A DNA stretch of 12,490 bases, from positions 1 through 12,490 of the forward strand of contig JANLOX010000162.1 of the NCBI GenBank assembly GCA_031366795.1, read 5' to 3'. Under the pieces are notes generated by a model. It saw only the letters and a list, made by a program, of their open reading frames with translations. It ran no database searches and had not been told where the DNA came from. The stretch's first letter is position 1, and the number at the start of each line of letters is the position of its first letter. Made by a program: the position numbers and the translations under genes. Positions 7,252 through 12,490 of the stretch are shown piece after piece. Origin of the DNA: Candidatus Eiseniibacteriota bacterium (lineage in GTDB: Bacteria; Eisenbacteria; RBG-16-71-46).

Positions 7252-7766
7252 GCGTCGTGAATGAGCTCGATCTCGCCGCACTCGAAGGCGACCTGTCGCA
7301 ATTCGTCGCCACCGATGTGCTCCAGTTCCTGCGGTTGGCGGGGGCCTCGGGACAGCTCGAGTGCGAGCGCGGCGGCGAACGTATCGTCGTCGGTTTCGCC
7401 AGTGGCCGTCCGTTGTGGGCGAGCACGAGCGGCCGCGCGGTGCGCATCGGCGACGTGCTCGTGCATCGCGGCTGGGTGGACGCCGGGCTCATCGAGGACG
7501 TGCTCGCGTTGCAGCGCGAGGGTGAGGCGGGCCGCCGTGTCGGTGAGTTGCTGCGTGAGACGGGCGTCGAAGGCGCGCATGTAAGTGCGGCGGTCAGTGA
7601 AGTGTTCCGCCGGTTGGTGTGCCTGTTGTCGCTGTGGCCGGACGGTCACTTCCGCTTCATCGCGGGTGCCGCGGCGGGCGATGAGGACTCCGATCTCGAC
7701 CTCGAGCTCGACCGCGTGTTGCTCGAGAGCCTTCACCAGGCCGATCTCGCCCAGGGCATGGCGTGA
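7248..7766 (+). CDS. DUF4388 (PatA-N-like) domain protein with a MshEN-like motif
   Basis: LEGDLSQF..TDVLQFL....ASGQL......I.F..G....A and W.DGHFRF...LELDRVLLE are typical of DUF4388. GTG 7248 overlaps the upstream TGA (GTGA); GTG 7257 is an alternative start. Confidence 0.85.
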   Translation: MSVVNELDLAALEGDLSQFVATDVLQFLRLAGASGQLECERGGERIVVGFASGRPLWASTSGRAVRIGDVLVHRGWVDAGLIEDVLALQREGEAGRRVGELLRETGVEGAHVSAAVSEVFRRLVCLLSLWPDGHFRFIAGAAAGDEDSDLDLELDRVLLESLHQADLAQGMA

Positions 7767-9889
7767 GCCTGCACCTGGCGCCCAACACGCCGTGGTTGCT
7801 GCTGGGGCTGGTCGCCGTCGCCATGCTGGCGCTCGGCGTGTGGGCCTACCGGTTCGCGATCCCGCCGCTTCCCGCCGCCGCGCGACGCTTGCTGCCATTG
7901 CTGCGCGGCATCGGCCTCGCGCTGCTCGTGTTGTTGCTCGCGCAGCCCGTGCTCGAACGACTGTTGGGCGGGGGCTCGAACCTGCTCGTGCTGATGGACC
8001 GCTCGCTCAGCATGCAGCTCCCCGTGGCACCCGGCGGCGGCTCGCGCGCGGCGGCCGCGGAGCGTGCGGTCGCCGAGTTGGCGAAGACGTGGCGCGGCCG
8101 CGGGCGGATCATCACTGTTCCGTTCGCCGAACGCGTGGCCGCCGATTCGCTGCAGACGGGTAACCCCGCGCTGACCGCGATCGGCGATGCGCTCGCGGGA
8201 TTGAGCGATGCGCCGCAGGCCGAGGCGATCGGCGGCGTCGTGCTCGTCAGCGATGGCGCCAACAATGCGGGCCGCGATCCGGTCGCGGCCGCACTCGCGC
8301 TCGGGCTGCCGGTGCACACGCTGCGCGCGGGTGCGACAGGCGTGCGCGATCGCGCCATCACCGACATTGAGTCGCCGGCGGGAGCGCAGGCCGGACGTAG
8401 GGTGCCGGTGCGCGTGCACGTCGTCACGCAGGAGCCGCGCGGCGTCCCACTCGTCGTCGTGCTGAACGAGGGCACGCGTGAACTTGCGCGCACGACGGTC
8501 ATTGCACCCGGCCCCGGCGCCGAGGCCGTCGCCGAATTGCACGCCACGCCGCTCAAGCCCGGGCTCGCGCTGTGGTCGGCGCGCGTCGATTCCACGCAGG
8601 GCGAGCTGACGACGCGCAACAACACGCGCGAGGTCGCCTTCCCGGTCGCACCCGGGCGTCTGCGCGTGGTGCTGGTGACGACGGCGCTCAACTGGGACTT
8701 CACCTTCTTCCGTCGCTCGCTCGTGGCGGACTCGAGCCTCGAGCTGCGCTCCTATGTGCGCGAGCCTTCGGGCTGGCGGCATCCCGATGGCACGCGCGGT
8801 GGAGCGCCGGGTGCGGCCGAATTGGGTGGCGTCGCGGTCGTGGTGCTCGACGGCGTGTCGTCCGCGGAGATCGGCGCGGCCTTCGATGCCGCACTCGTGC
8901 GCGTGATGGAGCAGGGTGGCGGCGTGCTGGTGATGGGCGGCGCCTCGCCGGGTGTGGCGCGACTGCGCGGCAGCCGCTTCGGCGCGTTGCTCGGTGTGCA
9001 GGTCAACGCCATCGTCCCCGCGCGCGCCGTGAACCCCGCGCCGGCGGCCGAGGCGCGCGACCTGGTGATGTGGGACGACGATCCGGCCCGCGGCGAACGC
9101 GCCTGGCGCGAAGCGGCGCCGCTGGCGGACGTGATGCCATTGTCGACCGGCGGCGGTGATCGCGTGTTGGTCGCCGGCAGCAATGGCTCACCGCTGTTCG
9201 TGGCGCGTCGCGGCGGACGCGGGCAGGCGCTGCTTGTGAACGGCTCAGGCACCTGGCGCTGGTCGCTCGCGGATGGCGATGATTTGACGGCAGAGCGCGC
9301 GCGCCGTTTGTGGCGTGGGCTCGTCCACTGGCTCGCCGAACCGGTGCAGGCGGAGCCGCTGCGTGTACGGCCCGAGCGTTGGCTCACCGCAGGCGGAGAA
9401 GTGGTGCGTCTGCTGGCGACGCTGCAGGACGACCAGTTCCGTCCCGTGGCACAGGCGGAGGTCAATGCCAATATCACGGGAGCCGACGGACGCACGCAGC
9501 GCGCGCACTTTGTCGCGGGTCAAGCGGGCAGCTACACCGCGACCTTGGATCGCATGGCGCCCGGCCGCTACCGCGTCGAGGCCACGGCGTCGAAGGCGAC
9601 ACGCTCGCTGGGACGCTCGACGACCGAGTTCGCGGTGGACCGTTGGAGCCTCGAGGAGGCGCGCGCGCTGCCTGACAGCGCGACACTCGCCGCGATCTCG
9701 CAGGCGACGGGAGGCCATGCCGGCAGCGCGGATGAAGCCGCGTCATGGGCGCATGGGTTGAGGACGCAGAAGGCGGTGCGCGGCCGCACGACGGCATTGC
9801 GGTTGTGGGAATCACCATGGATCTTCGGGCTGATTGTCGGCCTGTTCAGCATCGAGTGGATCTGGCGGAGACGACGCGGGTTGCCCTGA
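7763..9889 (+). CDS. Membrane-anchored von Willebrand factor A (MIDAS) domain protein with Ig-like and GATase-like domains
   Basis: Two N-terminal TM helices ending LLAQP; MIDAS elements DRSLS, TAIGDAL and VLVSDG; Ig-like segment ending GELTTRNN; GATase-like GGGVLVMGG and GRGQALLV..GTWRW; C-terminal TM LWESPW...SIEWIWRRRRGLP. GTGA overlap with the upstream gene. Confidence 0.85.
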   Translation: MSLHLAPNTPWLLLGLVAVAMLALGVWAYRFAIPPLPAAARRLLPLLRGIGLALLVLLLAQPVLERLLGGGSNLLVLMDRSLSMQLPVAPGGGSRAAAAERAVAELAKTWRGRGRIITVPFAERVAADSLQTGNPALTAIGDALAGLSDAPQAEAIGGVVLVSDGANNAGRDPVAAALALGLPVHTLRAGATGVRDRAITDIESPAGAQAGRRVPVRVHVVTQEPRGVPLVVVLNEGTRELARTTVIAPGPGAEAVAELHATPLKPGLALWSARVDSTQGELTTRNNTREVAFPVAPGRLRVVLVTTALNWDFTFFRRSLVADSSLELRSYVREPSGWRHPDGTRGGAPGAAELGGVAVVVLDGVSSAEIGAAFDAALVRVMEQGGGVLVMGGASPGVARLRGSRFGALLGVQVNAIVPARAVNPAPAAEARDLVMWDDDPARGERAWREAAPLADVMPLSTGGGDRVLVAGSNGSPLFVARRGGRGQALLVNGSGTWRWSLADGDDLTAERARRLWRGLVHWLAEPVQAEPLRVRPERWLTAGGEVVRLLATLQDDQFRPVAQAEVNANITGADGRTQRAHFVAGQAGSYTATLDRMAPGRYRVEATASKATRSLGRSTTEFAVDRWSLEEARALPDSATLAAISQATGGHAGSADEAASWAHGLRTQKAVRGRTTALRLWESPWIFGLIVGLFSIEWIWRRRRGLP

Positions 9890-9948
9890 TCGAGAGGTGA
9901 GCGCGGGTTGAGCGTCGCGAGTACCGGCGCGTGCCCCGCGTGGGACCT

Positions 9949-9988
9949 CGCCGCCCGGCTTGGCGCGCCGCCCGGCTTGGCGCGCCGC
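9949..9988. repeat. Exact 17-bp tandem duplication CGCCGCCCGGCTTGGCG x2 plus a partial third copy
   Basis: Copies at 9949-9965 and 9966-9982, followed by CGCCGC at 9983-9988. Confidence 0.9.
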
Positions 9989-9994
9989 TCGCAT
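9977..9994 (+). promoter_or_regulatory. Sigma54 (RpoN) -24/-12 promoter candidate
   Basis: TTGGCGCG-CCGC-TCGCAT, with GG at 9979-9980 and GC at 9991-9992 separated by exactly 10 nt (consensus TGGCACG-N4-TTGCW). It lies about 60 nt upstream of ATG 10055, which has SD AGAAGGAG at 10041-10048. Confidence 0.6.
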
Positions 9995-10054
9995 AGCCGC
10001 GCGGTGTACGCGCCCCCCGCGCTGCCGCCGACCCGCCCCTAGAAGGAGCCTCGC

Positions 10055-11698
10055 ATGCACTGCGCGCTACCGCTGTCGCTTAGCCTCGTGCTCGCCGCCT
10101 GTCCGGTCGCCGACCGCGCCACTGTCAACGAGGTGTACTACGACGCCACCGGTGATGACTCCGGCAGCGAATTCGTCGAGTTGTTCAATCCCACTTCACA
10201 CCCGGTGCTGCTCGCAGGCGCCCGGCTCGAAGCAGGCGATGGCGCCGGGGCGAATCGCTGGACGTTGCGCTGGACCGCGCCTGCGGGCGTGACGCTGGAA
10301 AGCGGTGCGCGCTATGTCATCGGCGGCGCGCTGGTTTCACCACGGCCCGACACGCTGATCGAGCTCGCGCTGCAGAACGGTCCCGACGCCGTGCGCCTCG
10401 TGTGGCCCGATGGCGTGACCGAAGTGGTCGGCTATGGCGCCCTCTCGTCCCCTGAGTACTACTGCGGTGAGCCGGCCGTCGACGTGCCCTCGGGGCAATC
10501 GCTCGCGCGAATTCCCGACAACGCGATGAGCGGCGACAACTCGCGCGACTTCCAACCGCGAGCGCCGGGCCCCGGAAGCGCGAACCTGTTGGCGCGCCAC
10601 GTCGCGTGGATTCCCGGCAGCATGGCGCTGTCGCCGCCACAACCCGAGCCCGCCGCCCAAGTGCGGCTCACGGGGCGCGTGGTCAACGCGGGCACCGAGC
10701 CTGTGAGTGCGGGTGCGCTCGCGATTCGGGCGTTGCTGGCGCGCGAAGCGGGCGATGAGCCGCGCGCGGATCGGGTGGTCGCGGGTGGGCTCGCACCGGG
10801 CGAGACGCTCGCCGTCGAGATCGACGCATTGGCGCCCGAGGCGGGCGTCCACACCTGGGTTCTGACCGCGCAGCTCGAGGGCGAAGAGTCGCCGCCGGGC
10901 ACGCGCGACTCGTTGCGCGCGCGCACGGGACTCGGGCTGCTTGAGCTTACGGAGATCCAGTTCCATCCCACTCACGATGAAGGCGAGTGGATCGAGCTGC
11001 GCAATCGCTCCCGGGAGTCCGTGGCGTTGAGCGGTTGGACCTTGCGCGACCGCTCGGGCACGCGCGGCATCGCGCGCACGACACTCGAGCTGGCGCCCGA
11101 GAGCCTCGCGGTGCTGGTGCAGCATCGCGACCTGATGATCGCCGCGTTCCCGGTACTCGACACCTCACGCGTGGTCACGCTGTCGCCGTGGCCCAGTCTC
11201 AACAACAGCGATGACTCGGGCGGCATCGCCGATGCCGTTGAGCTCAGCGATACCGAAGCGCTGCCCGCCGATCATGCCGCCTACTCCGCCGCGGGTGTTC
11301 CCTCCGGCGTCCCGCTCGATCGTGGCAGCGGCGACAAATGGCGCGCCGCGCTCGATCCGCTGGGGACGCCGCTCGCGTCGCCGCTGAAGCCGCGCAGCAT
11401 CTCCGGCAGCTTCGCGCTGTTGGCGCCGCGATTGCGCGCGGGCACTGCCTCGACGCGCGTCGCCTGGGCGCTGCCATGGAGCGAAGCCCGCATTCGCATC
11501 GACGCCTACGACTTGATGGGCGATCGCGTCGCGGCACTGCTCGGGGACACCGAGGTGGCGGGGCATGGTGAGCGCGATCTCGCCACCGCTGCGTTGGGCG
11601 CGGGTTTCTACGTGCTGGCGTTCGAGGCGCGTCCGCAGGCCGGCTCCGGGGGCGTGACGGCGACGAGCACGCTGCGCATCGAAGGGTACGCGCCGTGA
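10055..11698 (+). CDS. Exported lamin-tail-domain protein (LTD, CARDB/Ig-like, LTD, then a T9SS/FlgD-like C-terminal domain)
   Basis: LTD1 VNEVYYDATGDDSGSEFVELFNPT..VLLAG.RL and LQNGPDAVRL; CARDB-like V.NAGT...GLAPGETLAV; LTD2 LTEIQFHP..EGEWIELRNRS...LSGWTLRD and SLNNSD; C-terminal IDAYDLMGDRV...GAGFYVL. Signal peptide with a possible lipobox LAAC. Good SD. Confidence 0.85.
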   Translation: MHCALPLSLSLVLAACPVADRATVNEVYYDATGDDSGSEFVELFNPTSHPVLLAGARLEAGDGAGANRWTLRWTAPAGVTLESGARYVIGGALVSPRPDTLIELALQNGPDAVRLVWPDGVTEVVGYGALSSPEYYCGEPAVDVPSGQSLARIPDNAMSGDNSRDFQPRAPGPGSANLLARHVAWIPGSMALSPPQPEPAAQVRLTGRVVNAGTEPVSAGALAIRALLAREAGDEPRADRVVAGGLAPGETLAVEIDALAPEAGVHTWVLTAQLEGEESPPGTRDSLRARTGLGLLELTEIQFHPTHDEGEWIELRNRSRESVALSGWTLRDRSGTRGIARTTLELAPESLAVLVQHRDLMIAAFPVLDTSRVVTLSPWPSLNNSDDSGGIADAVELSDTEALPADHAAYSAAGVPSGVPLDRGSGDKWRAALDPLGTPLASPLKPRSISGSFALLAPRLRAGTASTRVAWALPWSEARIRIDAYDLMGDRVAALLGDTEVAGHGERDLATAALGAGFYVLAFEARPQAGSGGVTATSTLRIEGYAP

Positions 11699-12480
11699 CG
11701 CGGCGCATGCTGTTCTGCGCCGCACTGCTCGCCCTCGCGAACGCGATCGCCAACGCGCAGGACTTCTCGCCCGCCGAACCCGCGGGCCCCGCGCTGAGCG
11801 CCGCGGGCCTGCTCGATCGCGGTCTGCCCGGCGATGGTCGCAGTCAACTCGAGGCCACCACCACGAGCTGGCTCGGAGTTCCAGGGCTGGTCACACGCGC
11901 GTTGTGCGTGGACGTGCGGATTCGCACCGTGACCCTCGCGGCGGGCTGGGCGCTCACTGGCGAGCCGCCCGCGGGGTGGATGGCGGCGGGACTCGCGGCC
12001 GGTGCGGTGAGCGAATGGGGTGGCGTGGCAGTGCGCGGGGTCGCGCGGCGCGACAACGATCCGCTGACCTCGCGTGAGGAAACGCAGGGCGCCGAGTTGG
12101 GTGGTGGCGCGTGGTTGAGCGCGGGCCCCGGAGTGCGCGTATGGGCGCGCGCGCCGCAACTCGCCACGTTCGGCGCCGAACCGCCGTTGGCGCGCGCGTT
12201 GTCGGTGGGCGTCTCGGCGGAGCGCGACGGGCTCGCCGCATGGTTCGAACGCGAGGCCCCGGCACAGCGCAGCCAGGACTCCGGCACGCATACCGCGGGC
12301 GTCGAGTTGTCGCTGGCACGCGGGAGCGTATGGGTCGAGGGGCGCGGGCATCCATTGCGCGCGGGCTTAGGCATCTCACTCGGCGTCATCGCCGTGCGCG
12401 CGATGGGCCATCCGCGGCTCGGCGACACGGTGACGCTGTCGTTGCGACTGTCGCCGCCGCCGCATCGGGAGCACGGGTGA
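11695..12480 (+). CDS. Hypothetical exported protein, probable outer-membrane beta-barrel
   Basis: Sec signal peptide (RRMLFCAALLALANAIANA-Q) and amphipathic Gly/Val/aromatic strands (ELGGGAW, VRVWAR, LSVGVS, TAGVEL, AGLGISL). C-terminal HPRLGDTVTLSLRL. GTGA overlap with the LTD gene; ATG 11707 is an alternative start. Confidence 0.7.
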   Translation: MTRRMLFCAALLALANAIANAQDFSPAEPAGPALSAAGLLDRGLPGDGRSQLEATTTSWLGVPGLVTRALCVDVRIRTVTLAAGWALTGEPPAGWMAAGLAAGAVSEWGGVAVRGVARRDNDPLTSREETQGAELGGGAWLSAGPGVRVWARAPQLATFGAEPPLARALSVGVSAERDGLAAWFEREAPAQRSQDSGTHTAGVELSLARGSVWVEGRGHPLRAGLGISLGVIAVRAMGHPRLGDTVTLSLRLSPPPHREHG

Positions 12481-12490
12481 TGCGTGCGAT
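12480..12490 (+). CDS. Probable start of the next operon gene (truncated by the window)
   Basis: TGATG stop/start overlap: ATG CGT GCG AT (M-R-A...). Only 11 nt are visible. Confidence 0.4.

Noticed and set aside
840..12428. Numerous other overlapping or antisense ORFs in the six-frame track (e.g. 1432-2025, 2077-2886, 6187-7281, 7733-8782, 10337-11125)
   Set aside because: These are typical high-GC shadow ORFs: Arg/Ala/Pro-rich, without recognisable motifs, and overlapping better-supported genes.

Overview
High-GC bacterial chromosomal window using the standard genetic code; TAG and TGA both end intact genes. The gene content looks FCB/Eisenbacteria-like, but that is inference. From left to right: (1) the 3' part of pyruvate phosphate dikinase (ppdK) followed by a GC hairpin; (2) a lower-GC accessory patch containing an ArnT/PMT-like GT-C glycosyltransferase-TPR gene broken by two in-frame stops and a frameshift, plus an intact ParD/ParE toxin-antitoxin pair with its own sigma70 promoter and candidate operator; (3) a reverse-strand secreted protein resembling a glycoside hydrolase with a shortened catalytic barrel; (4) a translationally coupled operon of a CDP-alcohol phosphatidyltransferase, a DUF4388 protein with a MshEN-like c-di-GMP motif, and a membrane vWA/MIDAS protein; (5) a second coupled operon behind a sigma54-type -24/-12 promoter, encoding a two-lamin-tail-domain exported protein with a T9SS/FlgD-like C-terminal domain, a putative outer-membrane beta-barrel, and a next gene starting at the window edge. 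No rRNA, tRNA, CRISPR array, integrase or transposase was seen. All family calls come from motif recognition by eye; no searches were run.
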